Below, piece after piece: positions 20,071 through 38,419 of a stretch of 64,000 nt of DNA. The translations under genes were made by a program, and so were the position numbers. Source of the stretch: an uncultured Actinomycetes bacterium (lineage in GTDB: Bacteria > Actinomycetota > Thermoleophilia > Gaiellales > Gaiellaceae); the NCBI GenBank assembly GCA_963781435.1, contig CAWAGR010000025.1, positions 72,339 to 136,338 of the forward strand. Direction: 5' to 3'. The notes under the pieces were generated by a model, which did not search any database, had not been told where the DNA came from, and saw only the letters and a program-made list of their open reading frames with translations. Each line of letters begins with the position of its first letter. Position 1 is the first letter of the stretch.

Positions 20071-21020
20071 GCGCCCACCACCGCGCCGGCGAGCGAGACG
20101 CGGAACGGCGCCTCGTGGACGCCGTGCTCCGTGACGATCGCGCCGATCAGCTCCGCGGGGGTTACGTCGAAGGCGGGATTCCGCGCGTCAAACCGGCTGG
20201 TCACCTCAGAAGGATCCCGCTCCTCGATCGGGATCTCATCTCCGCTCGCGGTGGACAGGTCGACGGTCGAGCTCGGCGCGACGACGTAGAACGGGATGCC
20301 GTGATGCCGTGCCTGCACCGCGAGCCCGTACGTGCCGATCTTGTTGGCGGTATCGCCGTTCGCCGCGATCCGGTCGGCGCCCGTGAGCACCGCGTCGACC
20401 TCGCCGGCCGCCATCAGCGAGGCCGCGGCCGAGTCGACGATCACGGTGTGCGGGATCCCGGCGCTCTCCAGCTCCCACGCCGTCAGCCGGGCGCCCTGGA
20501 GCAGCGGGCGCGTCTCGCCGACCCAGACGTGCGTCAAGAGATCGCGCTCCCAGGCGGCGAGCAGCGCACCGACCGCGCTGCCGTACCCGCCGGTCGCGAG
20601 ACCGCCCGCGTTGCAGTGCGTGAGCGCGCGCGTCCCGGGCCGGAGCAGCCCGGCTGCATGGGCGGCCATGCGCCGGCAGCGCTCGACCTCGCCCGAGTGG
20701 ATCGCGCGGGCCCGCTCCGGCGAGGGATCGCCGCGCAGTTCGTCGAGCGCCCAGGCGAGATTGACCGCGGTCGGCCGCGACTCGCGCAGGACGCGCTCTG
20801 CCTCGTCCATGTCCTCGCCGCGCGCGGCAGCGAGGGCGTAGCCGTAGGCGGCGGCGATCCCGATCGCGGGCGCGCCACGAACCACCATCGTCCGGATCGC
20901 GTCCGCCACCTCCGCGGCGGAACGGCACGCCACCTCGACCTCCTCGCGCGGCAGCAGGCGCTGGTCGAGGAAGACGACCCGGTCGTCCTCGAGGCGGAGG
21001 ATGCGCTCGGGCTCTAGCAA
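20067..21020 (-). CDS. mtnA: S-methyl-5-thioribose-1-phosphate isomerase (eIF-2B alpha/beta/delta family)
   Basis: [11 protein letters not shown]...[16 protein letters not shown]...[11 protein letters not shown]...[10 protein letters not shown]...[17 protein letters not shown]...[18 protein letters not shown]...[13 protein letters not shown] start per the ORF track. Confidence 0.88.
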   Translation of the reverse strand: MLEPERILRLEDDRVVFLDQRLLPREEVEVACRSAAEVADAIRTMVVRGAPAIGIAAAYGYALAAARGEDMDEAERVLRESRPTAVNLAWALDELRGDPSPERARAIHSGEVERCRRMAAHAAGLLRPGTRALTHCNAGGLATGGYGSAVGALLAAWERDLLTHVWVGETRPLLQGARLTAWELESAGIPHTVIVDSAAASLMAAGEVDAVLTGADRIAANGDTANKIGTYGLAVQARHHGIPFYVVAPSSTVDLSTASGDEIPIEERDPSEVTSRFDARNPAFDVTPAELIGAIVTEHGVHEAPFRVSLAGAVVGA

Positions 21021-21084
21021 CGCGATCCCTCCCGGTCGCCGGGCGCCCGCTCGCGCGAGCGCCCGGCCGGCGAAACGGGACCGA

Positions 21085-24963
<3,879 letters not shown>

Positions 24964-24970
<7 letters not shown>

Positions 24971-24985
24971 AGCTAACTCTGACTA
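24964..24985. promoter_or_regulatory. Candidate DtxR/MntR-type operator overlapping a palindromic -10 element in the divergent promoter region
   Basis: tagtcatagctaactctgacta is 18/22 self-complementary (TAGTCA-N10-TGACTA). It overlaps the self-complementary GACTATAGTC (24981-24990), which gives TATAGT on both strands. This is the only strongly AT-rich stretch in the neighbourhood. Confidence 0.45.
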
Positions 24986-25025
24986 TAGTCTCACCTGAAC
25001 CTCATGGGCAAACCGAACCGTCTCA

Positions 25026-25682
25026 ATGGGCAAGCCGGCCGTCTCGAAATCCGCCGAGGACTACCTGAAAGCGATCCTGCAACTCGAGAGCGCGGGCGCT
25101 GCGACCACGAGCGCGATCGCGCTGCGGCTCGGCATCTCGCAGCCGTCGGTCACGCGGATGACGAAGAAGCTGGCCGCGGACGGGCTCGTCGTCCGCGTTC
25201 CCTACCGCGGCGTCACGCTGACCGAGCCCGGCCGGCGGGTCGCGCTCGAGGTGCTCCGCCACCACCGGCTGCTCGAGCTCTATCTCGCCGACGCGCTCGG
25301 GCTGCCGCTCGACGAGGTCCACGCGGAGGCCGACCGCCTCGAGCACGTGCTCTCGGAGGAGCTCGAGTCGCGGATCGATGCCGCGCTCGGCTACCCGACG
25401 CACGACCCGCACGGCCACCCGATTCCGGACCCCGAGCTTCGCCTCGACGCTGCCGTGCGGCGCTCCCTCTCGGAGGTGGCGCCTGGAGAGAGCACGACGG
25501 TCGTGCGCGTCCCGGACAGCGACGCGGACCTTCTCCGCTATCTGGGCGAGCTCGCGCTCGTGCCGGGCGCCACGGTCGAGGTCGTGGCGCAGGCTCCGTT
25601 CGACGGGCCGATCACCCTGCGCTCGGGCTCGGGCGAATACGCAATCGCGCGCGAGCTGGCGATTGCGATCGCCGTCGCATAG
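25026..25682 (+). CDS. DtxR/IdeR/MntR-family metal-dependent transcriptional regulator
   Basis: SAEDYLKAILQLE...SAIALRLGISQPSVTRMTKKLAADGLVV...RHHRLLELYL...HAEADRLEHVLSEELESRI...THDPHGHPIP, plus a C-terminal SH3-like domain. Confidence 0.9.
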   Translation: MGKPAVSKSAEDYLKAILQLESAGAATTSAIALRLGISQPSVTRMTKKLAADGLVVRVPYRGVTLTEPGRRVALEVLRHHRLLELYLADALGLPLDEVHAEADRLEHVLSEELESRIDAALGYPTHDPHGHPIPDPELRLDAAVRRSLSEVAPGESTTVVRVPDSDADLLRYLGELALVPGATVEVVAQAPFDGPITLRSGSGEYAIARELAIAIAVA

Positions 25683-25689
25683 CGGCCGG

Positions 25690-26094
25690 CTACGCGCGGC
25701 CGTAGCGGTCTTCGAGCCTGACGACGTCGCCGAGCTGCGGCGTGGACACCTCGAGGATGGTGGTGTCCTCGAGCGCAGTCACGCGATGCACCGTTCCCGG
25801 CCGAAAGCGGAACGCGGCGCCGGGCCCGACGACATCCTCGCTCAGGACAGAGCTGTCTTCCTCGCCCAGCTCGACCTTCGCGCGGCCGGAATGGACGAGC
25901 CACGACTCGTCCTTCTCGCGGTGGAGCTGGAGTGAGAGCGAATGGCCCGCGTTCACGAACAGGAGCTTGCCGCAGTAGACGTCCGTGAGCGCCCAGATCA
26001 GCTCGTGGCCCCACGGTTTGTCGACCCGCCGCGGCTCGAATGCCCATGCGTCGAGGCTGTTCATGCCCGCTCCCGGCGCCGGCAAAGCCGGCAC
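25690..26094 (-). CDS. Cupin-domain protein (phosphomannose-isomerase type II C-terminal-like)
   Basis: KPWGHELIWALTDVYCGKLLFVNAGHSLSLQLHREKDESWLV..GRAKV...PGTVHRVTALEDTTILEVSTP. Alternative start is the ATG at 26064. Confidence 0.7.
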   Translation of the reverse strand: MPALPAPGAGMNSLDAWAFEPRRVDKPWGHELIWALTDVYCGKLLFVNAGHSLSLQLHREKDESWLVHSGRAKVELGEEDSSVLSEDVVGPGAAFRFRPGTVHRVTALEDTTILEVSTPQLGDVVRLEDRYGRA

Positions 26095-26128
26095 CTCCGC
26101 TCTTCGGAGCCTCCGTCGAGCCTACGGC

Positions 26129-26824
26129 TCATGCCCGCAGCCATTCAGGGTGCGCAGCCAGGTGCTCGGCGGCGGTGCGCAGCTCCTTCGGCGTGTTCAC
26201 GGTCAGCCACAGCCCTTCGTGTCGAAAGGCGCGCAGGCGGCGCTCGGCGACGAGCTCCGGAAACGTCGTCGTCTCGTGGTCGCCGCGCTCGGGGAAGCGC
26301 GCGACCGTCTCCTCCGAGAGGACGTAGATGCCGCAGTTGACCCAGTACGGCACGCGGCCGGCCTCGTCGAAGCCCTCGACCACGTCGTCCTCGCCCAGCT
26401 CGACCATTCCGAACGAAGACCTCGGCCGCGCCACGGTGACGGTCGCGGCAGCGCCCGTCTCGCTGTGCCTCGCGAGCAGCGCCGCGAAGTCGACGTCCAC
26501 GAGCTCGTCGCCGTTCAGCGCGTAGACATCGCCGCCCTCGCGACGCTCTTTCGCCGCGTACTTGATCCCACCGCCCCGGCCGAGCCGCTCGGGCTCTTCC
26601 GCGGCGACGACCTCCGGGCCGCGCCCGGCGAGCTCGCGCTCGAACAGCTCTCCCTGGCCCGCGGCGCACGAGATGATCACCCGCTCGACGCCCGCGAGCC
26701 CGAGCCGACGCACCTGGTAACCGACGAGGGGCGTGCCCGCGACGTCCACGAGCGCCTTCGGCCGGTCGCCGGCAGCGTCGCCGAGCCGCTCCGCCTTCCC
26801 CCCGGCGAGGATGATCGCCTCCAC
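26129..26824 (-). CDS. NDP-sugar pyrophosphorylase (nucleotidyltransferase)
   Basis: MEAIILAGGKAERLGDAAGDRPKALVDVAGTPLVGYQV...VYALNGDELVDVDF...WVNCGIYVL. Confidence 0.8.
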   Translation of the reverse strand: MEAIILAGGKAERLGDAAGDRPKALVDVAGTPLVGYQVRRLGLAGVERVIISCAAGQGELFERELAGRGPEVVAAEEPERLGRGGGIKYAAKERREGGDVYALNGDELVDVDFAALLARHSETGAAATVTVARPRSSFGMVELGEDDVVEGFDEAGRVPYWVNCGIYVLSEETVARFPERGDHETTTFPELVAERRLRAFRHEGLWLTVNTPKELRTAAEHLAAHPEWLRA

Positions 26825-26830
26825 GAGCTA

Positions 26831-28159
26831 CTACCGCTCGAGCTGGGGCTCGCGCTCGCTCGACGAGGGGAGCACGTCCAGCGGCGAGACGGGTCGGCCG
26901 ATGCCCTCGTAGGCGAAGCCGGCGGCGCGTACCTTGGCCGGGTCGAGCAGGTTTCGCCCGTCCACGATCAGCGGTTTCGCCATCGCGGCGCGAACCTCCT
27001 CGCGGGCCAGGTTCCGCAACTCGTCCCACTCGGTCACGATCACGGCCGCGTCGGCGCCCTCGACAGCGTCGAGCACCGAGGAGACGACGTCGACGCCCTT
27101 CGGCAGCGCCTGCCCGTCGGCCACCGGGTCCCAGGCGCGGACGTCCGCACCCTCCGCGAGCAGCCGGCTCGCGAGCACGATCGACGGCGCCTCGCGCATG
27201 TCGTCGGTGTCCGGCTTGAACGCGAGCCCGAGCAGGGCGACGGTGCGGCCGCGGAGCGAGCCGAGATGCCGCTCGAGCTTCGCGATCACGCGCCGCTTCT
27301 GGAGCTCGTTCACCTCGATCACGGCGGTGAGCAGCTGGAAGTGGTAGCCCGAGTTCGACGCGAGCTGCTTCAGCGCGAGCGAGTCCTTTGGAAAACACGA
27401 GCCGCCGTATCCGATCCCCGCGCGCAGGAAGTGTGGCCCGAGTCGGTGGTCGAGACCGATGCCTTCTGCGACCCGGACGACGTCGGCTCCGGTCGCCTCG
27501 CAGACGTTTGCGATCTCGTTGATGAACGAGATCCTCGTCATCAGGAACGCGTTCGCGGCAAGCTTGATCATCTCGGCCGAGTTGACGTCGCAGCGCACGA
27601 TCGGCGCGTCCAGCGAGGAGTAGAGCGAGGCGACAGCTTCGGCGTCCTCGGGTGCGAAGGCGCCGACCACGATTCTGTCCGGGTTCATGAAATCGTTGAC
27701 CGCGTTCCCCTCGGCGAGGAACTCCGGGTTCGAGGCGTAGCCGACGTGCGAGAGGCCGCGGGCGTCGAGGCCGAGACGCACCTTCTCGCCCGTTCCTACC
27801 GGCACCGTCGACTTCATCACGAGCACCGGCTGCCCGGAGAGCGGCGGCAGCTCCTCCACCACGGTCCACACGCGCGAGAGGTCGGCATCGCCCGAGTGGG
27901 TCGGCGGCGTGTCCACGCAGACGAACAGGAAATCGCAGTCGCCAACGTCGGCCGCGTCGAGCGTGAACGAGAGTCGCTCGCCGTTTCGCTCCAGAAGTGC
28001 GGGCACCTCTTCCTCGTGAAACGGCACCTCGCCGCGGCGGAGCGCATCAATCTTCTCGGGCACGACGTCTCGGATCACGACGTCGTGGCCGAGTTCCGCA
28101 AAGCAGGCCCCCGTGACGAGGCCGACCCAGCCCGCCCCGAAGATGCCGACCTTGGCCAT
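26831..28159 (-). CDS. UDP-glucose 6-dehydrogenase family protein
   Basis: MAKVGIFGAGWVGLVTGACFAELGHDV (Rossmann)...NPEFLAEGNAVNDF...GIGYGGSCFPKDS (catalytic Cys)...LGLAFKPDTDDMREAPS. Confidence 0.9.
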   Translation of the reverse strand: MAKVGIFGAGWVGLVTGACFAELGHDVVIRDVVPEKIDALRRGEVPFHEEEVPALLERNGERLSFTLDAADVGDCDFLFVCVDTPPTHSGDADLSRVWTVVEELPPLSGQPVLVMKSTVPVGTGEKVRLGLDARGLSHVGYASNPEFLAEGNAVNDFMNPDRIVVGAFAPEDAEAVASLYSSLDAPIVRCDVNSAEMIKLAANAFLMTRISFINEIANVCEATGADVVRVAEGIGLDHRLGPHFLRAGIGYGGSCFPKDSLALKQLASNSGYHFQLLTAVIEVNELQKRRVIAKLERHLGSLRGRTVALLGLAFKPDTDDMREAPSIVLASRLLAEGADVRAWDPVADGQALPKGVDVVSSVLDAVEGADAAVIVTEWDELRNLAREEVRAAMAKPLIVDGRNLLDPAKVRAAGFAYEGIGRPVSPLDVLPSSSEREPQLER

Positions 28160-28169
28160 CCGCGGGACT

Positions 28170-30110
28170 CTACTTGGCATCTCGGAGCGGCTTGAGACCC
28201 TTCGCGATCGCGAGCATCGTCTCGTTCGAGAGCGAGTCGAGCAGCGTGTTGACGACCCAGTAGCTCCTGTCGCCGACCCGCAGGACGACCATGTGCAGGT
28301 GCGGCCCCGAGTAGTAGAGGTCGTAGTCGCGGCCCTTGATCCGGTGGCGGAAGCTCCTGTCTTCGAGAGCCGGGGCGTCGGTCCAGTCGGTCTGCTCGAT
28401 CCCCCAGAACTCGCGGGCCCCCGTCCGGAAGACGAGGCGGACCGCCTTGTGGTCGGGTGTGATCCAGTAGAGCCTCGACGGCACGTCGCCCGGAAGCGTG
28501 TCCGGGTACGACGAGCTCTCGAGGATCGTCGGCACCATCAGCTTGAACGGGACTCGGCCGGCATACGGCTCGACGAGCTCGCGGCCCGGGCTCGGGTCGA
28601 AGCGGACGACCGCCGGCTGTCGCTTCGGCACCTCGACGACCGGAACCGTGGCGACGGCGTTGTGGAAGGTCTGGCCGGCGACGAAGAGCAGCATCGCACC
28701 GGGGTTCAGCGCTTTCAGGCCTGCGTCCTTCGGCATCGGGTGGACGTCGGCCGGCTCGACGAGCTTCTTCAGCGCAACGGCCGCTTCCTTGGCACCCTTC
28801 TGCGTCGGGTCGAAGTAGATCTGCGAGTGGAAGTACGTCTGGATCGGCGCGTTCGGCTCGGCGTTGCCGGGCGGAAGGAGCGTCAGGTAGCCGCGCTGGG
28901 CGAGCAGGTAACTCGCGCTCGCCGCGGAGCCCGGCACGCCGTTGCCGTTCAAGACGGTGATCGTCGTCTCCTGCGGCTTCGGCGTCTTGGTCTTGATCTT
29001 CTTGCCGAGGGCGGACGCGTTCGCCACCTTCGAGACGCCGACGTCCGGATTCTCGAACTTGCTCACGGCCTGCGCGATCGCTCCGGTGGGCGCACGCAAC
29101 TCTGCGTAGCCGGAGACGCCGTCGATCTTTACCTGGAAGAGGTGCCCGCCCGGCAGCGTCGCAGCCAGGAGCGCGTACTCGAGCACCGTCCTGTCGCTGA
29201 AGTCCGACTTCGAGCCGACCTCGACGTTGTGGGTGACGGCCGAGACGATCCCGGGCAGCTTGCGGTAGTCGAAGTGCTGCGCGACCTGCTCCTTGAACGC
29301 GCGCACGAAAGCCTGCTGGCGGGCGAGACGGACGAAGTCGGAGTCGGTGTGGCGGAAGCGGACGAACTCGAGCGCGTCGGCGCCGTTCAAGCGCTGGTAC
29401 CCGGGCTGGAGGTTGATGTCGGCGAAGTTGGTGGCGGCCGTCCCGACGTTGCGGTTGTAGTAGCGGCGGTCGACGTCGAGCCAGACGCCGCCCACGCGGT
29501 CCACGATCTGCTTGAAGCCGTGGAAGTTGACGGCGATCAGGTAGTTGATCGGGATGCCGGTCAGCTTCCGCACCGTCTCGAGGGTTCCCTTGGAGCCGCA
29601 ACGCGAGTAGGCGGAGTTGATGCGGTCGTTGACCGGCGAAACGCCCGGGCAGTAGACCGGCACGATCAGGTCGCGCGGGAACGAGAGCATCGAGATCGAC
29701 TTCGTCGCCGGGTCGGCCCGGATCAGCATCAGCGTGTCCGAGCGGGAGCCGGTGGGGTCGTCGCCGACCCGGAAGTCGTAGCCGACGACGAGCGCGACCG
29801 CGGCCTGCCCCGGCAGGGTGACGTCGAGCTGCTTCTGCGCCGTCTTGACGTCGGTCGAGTGCGCGCGCACGGCCTCGACGGACTGGTGGAACCAGAGGTA
29901 GATGCCGCCTGCAGCCGCGAGCCCGAGCGAGAGGATCACGAGCAGCGTCGCGAGCAGGATGCGGCCGAGCAGGCCGAGGCCCGAGCGCTCGGGCGGCGGC
30001 GGCTGCCGGTAGCGCGTGATCGTGCTGATCGGGCCGGGCGGGAAGACGGCATGGCCGTTGCCGTTGCCCTCCGCCGAGCGACCGACGCCTCTTTTCAGCG
30101 TGGTCCTCAT
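28170..30110 (-). CDS. LytR-CpsA-Psr (LCP) family protein with a LytR_C-like domain and a further ~230-aa C-terminal region
   Basis: TM anchor, LCP core (RSDTLMLIRADPATKSISMLSFPRDLIVPV...INSAY...GIPINYLIAVNFHGFKQIVD...ALEFVRFRH.D.DF.R..RQQ), ETTITVLNGNGVPGSAASAS, then an unassigned tail. Confidence 0.85.
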   Translation of the reverse strand: MRTTLKRGVGRSAEGNGNGHAVFPPGPISTITRYRQPPPPERSGLGLLGRILLATLLVILSLGLAAAGGIYLWFHQSVEAVRAHSTDVKTAQKQLDVTLPGQAAVALVVGYDFRVGDDPTGSRSDTLMLIRADPATKSISMLSFPRDLIVPVYCPGVSPVNDRINSAYSRCGSKGTLETVRKLTGIPINYLIAVNFHGFKQIVDRVGGVWLDVDRRYYNRNVGTAATNFADINLQPGYQRLNGADALEFVRFRHTDSDFVRLARQQAFVRAFKEQVAQHFDYRKLPGIVSAVTHNVEVGSKSDFSDRTVLEYALLAATLPGGHLFQVKIDGVSGYAELRAPTGAIAQAVSKFENPDVGVSKVANASALGKKIKTKTPKPQETTITVLNGNGVPGSAASASYLLAQRGYLTLLPPGNAEPNAPIQTYFHSQIYFDPTQKGAKEAAVALKKLVEPADVHPMPKDAGLKALNPGAMLLFVAGQTFHNAVATVPVVEVPKRQPAVVRFDPSPGRELVEPYAGRVPFKLMVPTILESSSYPDTLPGDVPSRLYWITPDHKAVRLVFRTGAREFWGIEQTDWTDAPALEDRSFRHRIKGRDYDLYYSGPHLHMVVLRVGDRSYWVVNTLLDSLSNETMLAIAKGLKPLRDAK

Positions 30111-30261
30111 CGGGCCGCTTTCACCAAACCGGACGTCCTCCCTGCGACCCGTTTGAGTTCGGGCGGCGCGGGGCGTCTTTGCGAGATGACCTCATAGAAG
30201 CGAAACGGCGCCCGAGAAGACCAGGCGCGCGGGCCAGGATACCCGACCCGACGGTGGACGA

Positions 30262-30933
30262 TCAGGAGCGGATGCGGGCCGCGAGGGTCTTCGCGATCCG
30301 GGTCTCGAACGCCGTCAGCTGATCCTCGGCGGTCGAGGGCCCGGTCACGTTGATGTAGATCTCGGTGCGGCCCTTGCGCAGGAAGACGAAGTCGCTGAGC
30401 ACGGTGCACGGTCTGCTTGCCGACCTTGTAGCCGATCGGCGCGCGGTAGCTCACGCTCACGTCGGCGAAGTCACCGAGCTCTCGCGCCTTCACCGGCAGC
30501 AGGATCGGCGTTGCCCGCCCACCGACTTCAGCAACGAGTACTTGATGCACTTCGGCAGCGCCGGCTTCAGCAGCGCGTTCATGTGCTGCTCGGCCTGCTT
30601 CGCGGTCTTCCAGACCTCGACGTCGGAGACGACCTGGATGCCGCCGTTGCCGTTGTCGAACACCGACTCGGCGTGGCCGGTGATCGTCAGCTTCGAGTAG
30701 TTGGGCCGAAGCGACGGGCACACCGGCGCCTTGAGCGAGCTCGGCGTCGCCGTGGAGTGGTTCGCCCATGCCGTCCCGAGGTCGCTCTGCCTGAGCAGCG
30801 CCGCCTTGGCGCGCGCCTGGTCGGCCGCCTTGTAGGCGACCTTCGGATCGAGTGGATCGGCGAGCGCCGTGCCCGCCAACACCGTGCCCGCGAGCACGAG
30901 CGCGGCGAGTGCCACGAGCAGCAACCGTCTCAT
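30262..30933 (-). pseudogene. Secreted protein of unknown function, paralog A (indels near 30512-30520 and 30400-30410)
   Basis: Signal peptide [25 protein letters not shown], then LLRQSDLGTAW...CPSLRPNYSKLTITGHAE...LKPALPKC. Later blocks (ATPILLPVKARELGDFADVSVSYRAPIGYK; VLSDFVFLRKGRTEIYINV...) are in other frames. ATGA overlap with paralog B. Confidence 0.65.
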
Positions 30934-31558
30934 TCCGGCCGGGCCCCCCGCCTGAGGAGCATCCTGACCATGTCCGCCTCGAACGGAACGAGCTGCGGGC
31001 TGTAGCGAGCGGATGCGTCGACGCGCAACGAGTACTCCAGGCGGCCATTGCCGAAGAACACGAAGTCGCTCAGCACCTTAGCTGTCCGCCCTTTCACTCG
31101 TACCGTGATCGTGGCCCGGTAGGCGGCGGTGACGCTGCCGAGCTTCGGGAAGTCGAGTGGCTCCACCGTCACCGCCGTGATGCTCGGGTCCCGCTCGAGC
31201 TGGTATGCGAGGCAGCCGGGCAGGGCAGGCTGGATCGTGCGCGCGAAGTCGGTGCGCACCGCGTCCACGCTCTCGAGAACCTGCGTCTCGAGCGAGACCT
31301 GCACGCCTGCCCGAGGGTTCTGGAACCTCGCATTCGCATGACCGGTGACGACCAGATCGGACGCCTTCGGGTCGAAGCCGGGGCACGAGGGCCCGGCCGG
31401 CTTCGTCGATCGGGTCATTCCTCCGCGCCAGCCGAGACCGAAGTCGCCGGACTTCAGCAACGTCTGCATCGCCCAGGTCTGATCGCCGGCGTCGATCCTC
31501 AAAGTGGGGCTGTCGGCCATTGCGGCCGGGACGAGAAGCAGCGCCAGCAGCACGGAGG

Positions 31559-31583
<25 letters not shown>
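30930..31583 (-). CDS. Secreted protein of unknown function, paralog B
   Basis: GTG 31583; signal peptide [22 protein letters not shown]; [11 protein letters not shown]...[18 protein letters not shown]...IQPALPGC...[17 protein letters not shown]. Overlaps the metH 3' end by 25 nt in another frame. Confidence 0.6.
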
Positions 31584-35143
<3,560 letters not shown>

Positions 35144-35306
35144 CCCCACACCTGAAGAGGGTCGCGGAGCGGACGCTCGCGCAGGCTCTTTAGGCGTTTG
35201 TTGACCCGGTCGCCAAGCTGCCTTCAAAGCTCTCCGGATCGAAAAAGGGTACCAGCAGTGTCTGGCGCCAAATCGCCACGGATCCCGGCCGATCGCTGCG
35301 GCTGAG

Positions 35307-35978
35307 CTAGCCCAGCCGTCTCGCGACGGTCCCCGCAAGCGCCCATTCGAACGCCGTCTGCGGCGGCACGAGCACCGAGGTCACGAGCAGGACGGTGTCA
35401 GCCTGAGCGCCGCCCTGAAGGATCACGTCGAGGTAGGCCTTCACGTGCTGTCCCTGCGTGAACACGTCCGCGACGATCCTGAAGGCTTTCCGGCGCGGCG
35501 CCGAGAGCGGCAGCGAGAGCGCACCGCTCGAGAGGACCGTCGTCTTCGTCTTCTTGTCGCTCGCTCCCTGCTCGAACGCCTGCGCGAGGCACTTCAGCAT
35601 CGCCGGACGGACGACGCGGTTCCAGGAGGTCTGCGCCTGCGCCGCGGTCTTGAAGACGCTGGCGACCGAGAGCACGCGCGAGAGGCCGTCACCGCTCGCG
35701 AAGCCCGTCTCGACGCGCCCGACGGAGGTCAGGTCGGATTGGTCGGGATCGAAGCTCGGACAGGTCGTCCCGCCCCCACTGCCGCCCTCCGGGGACTCGA
35801 CCTTCCAGCCCTTCGGCAGATCCGAGCGCTTGAGCACGATCGCCTTCGCCGCGGCCTTGCCCGCCGGCGTGTACGCGCGGCGCGGCGACGAGGCGCCTGC
35901 GGGCAGGGTGATCAGCGTGGCCGCGAGGAACGTGGCGAGGAGAGCGCCGGCGCCTGCGATCGCGCGCCCGCCCGGCAT
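35307..35978 (-). CDS. Secreted protein of unknown function, paralog C
   Basis: Signal peptide [29 protein letters not shown]; [11 protein letters not shown]...[18 protein letters not shown]...VRPAMLKC. The ATG overlaps the atpC stop (TGATG). Confidence 0.65.
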   Translation of the reverse strand: MPGGRAIAGAGALLATFLAATLITLPAGASSPRRAYTPAGKAAAKAIVLKRSDLPKGWKVESPEGGSGGGTTCPSFDPDQSDLTSVGRVETGFASGDGLSRVLSVASVFKTAAQAQTSWNRVVRPAMLKCLAQAFEQGASDKKTKTTVLSSGALSLPLSAPRRKAFRIVADVFTQGQHVKAYLDVILQGGAQADTVLLVTSVLVPPQTAFEWALAGTVARRLG

Positions 35979-36406
35979 CAGTCGCGGCCGGCGACTGCGA
36001 GCTGGTTCTCGGCGTGGCGTATCCGCTGCTCGATCTGCCAGCGGTCGGCGGTCGACTCGCCGCGGTCGATCGCCTCGAGCTCGGCCCGGGCCGCCTCGAG
36101 CTGCTCCCGGGCGCGGACGTCGTCGATCTCGCCCGCCCCGACGGCGTCGTCGACGAGCGCGATCGCGCGGTCGTGCATCACCTGGAAGAACCCCGGGCCG
36201 GTGGCGAACTCGAGTACGTCGGCGTCAGCGCCCGGATGAATGCGCGTCGAGCCCGCCTTCAGCGTGGCGATCAGCGGCGCGTGCCGGGCGAGCACGCCGA
36301 TCTCGCCGATCTGCCCGGGCACGATCATCATCTCGGCCTCGCCCTCGAACGCGGCGCCGTCGGGCGTCACGAGCGAGACCTCGAACTTCTTACCGGTGCC
36401 GGGCAT
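35978..36406 (-). CDS. atpC: F1 ATP synthase epsilon subunit
   Basis: FEVSLVTPDGAAFEGEAEMMIVPGQIGEIGVLARHAPLIATLKAG, plus a helical C-terminus. Immediately follows atpD. Confidence 0.9.
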   Translation of the reverse strand: MPGTGKKFEVSLVTPDGAAFEGEAEMMIVPGQIGEIGVLARHAPLIATLKAGSTRIHPGADADVLEFATGPGFFQVMHDRAIALVDDAVGAGEIDDVRAREQLEAARAELEAIDRGESTADRWQIEQRIRHAENQLAVAGRD

Positions 36407-36414
36407 GCCGAGCC

Positions 36415-37905
<1,491 letters not shown>

Positions 37906-37910
37906 TCAGT

Positions 37911-38381
37911 CTATAGAAGGGCGCGCCCGGCCAGCCGCGGTGCCGCCTTGATCGCGAACACCGTTTGCGGCTCGAGCCGGATCAGCTCGGCATGCACGAA
38001 CTGGCGCTGCTCGTGCAGGTCGCGGAAACCGAGCGCCGAGCTCGGGTGCTTCGGACCGGAGTCCGAGAAGAGGGTCATCCCCGCAGCCGCGGCCAGACCG
38101 GTGGCGACGACGAAGACGGCGGCCGTGCGCCGGACAAGCTGCTTGCGGACGCGTCGCGGAGAGGTGACCACGATCGGGCGTGTGAGCTCGACGAGCGGCG
38201 CCTCGCGCAGCAGATGTGTCAGTAACGCAGTATCGGCGGCAATCTCGCTGCAACGCGAACACGTGGCCAGGTGCCGCTCGAGTGCGGCGTTCTCGAGCTC
38301 GGAGGCCTCGCCGTCGAGCCGCAGCGAGATCGCCCGGACCCACCGCTCGCACGGCCTCGTTCTCCGCCAATGAAGACCCAT
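37911..38381 (-). CDS. zf-HC2 anti-sigma-factor-like membrane protein (no adjacent sigma factor gene)
   Basis: ISLRLDGEASELENAALERHLATCSRCSEIAADTALL (the H-x3-C-x2-C motif), followed by one TM segment (AAVFVVATGLAAAAGMTLF). Confidence 0.65.
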   Translation of the reverse strand: MGLHWRRTRPCERWVRAISLRLDGEASELENAALERHLATCSRCSEIAADTALLTHLLREAPLVELTRPIVVTSPRRVRKQLVRRTAAVFVVATGLAAAAGMTLFSDSGPKHPSSALGFRDLHEQRQFVHAELIRLEPQTVFAIKAAPRLAGRALL

Positions 38382-38419
38382 GAAAAATGCGACGCCCGAG
38401 AGCCCAGTAAGTTAGCCGG

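Noticed and set aside
35144-35306. The 163-nt leader upstream of metH as a possible SAM/SAH/cobalamin riboswitch.
   Set aside because: I could not find the conserved cores I know for SAM-I, SAM-IV, SAH or B12 elements. Only small generic hairpins and a weak CCAG...CTGG-TTTTT terminator-like element are present. A covariance-model scan would be needed, so nothing is claimed.
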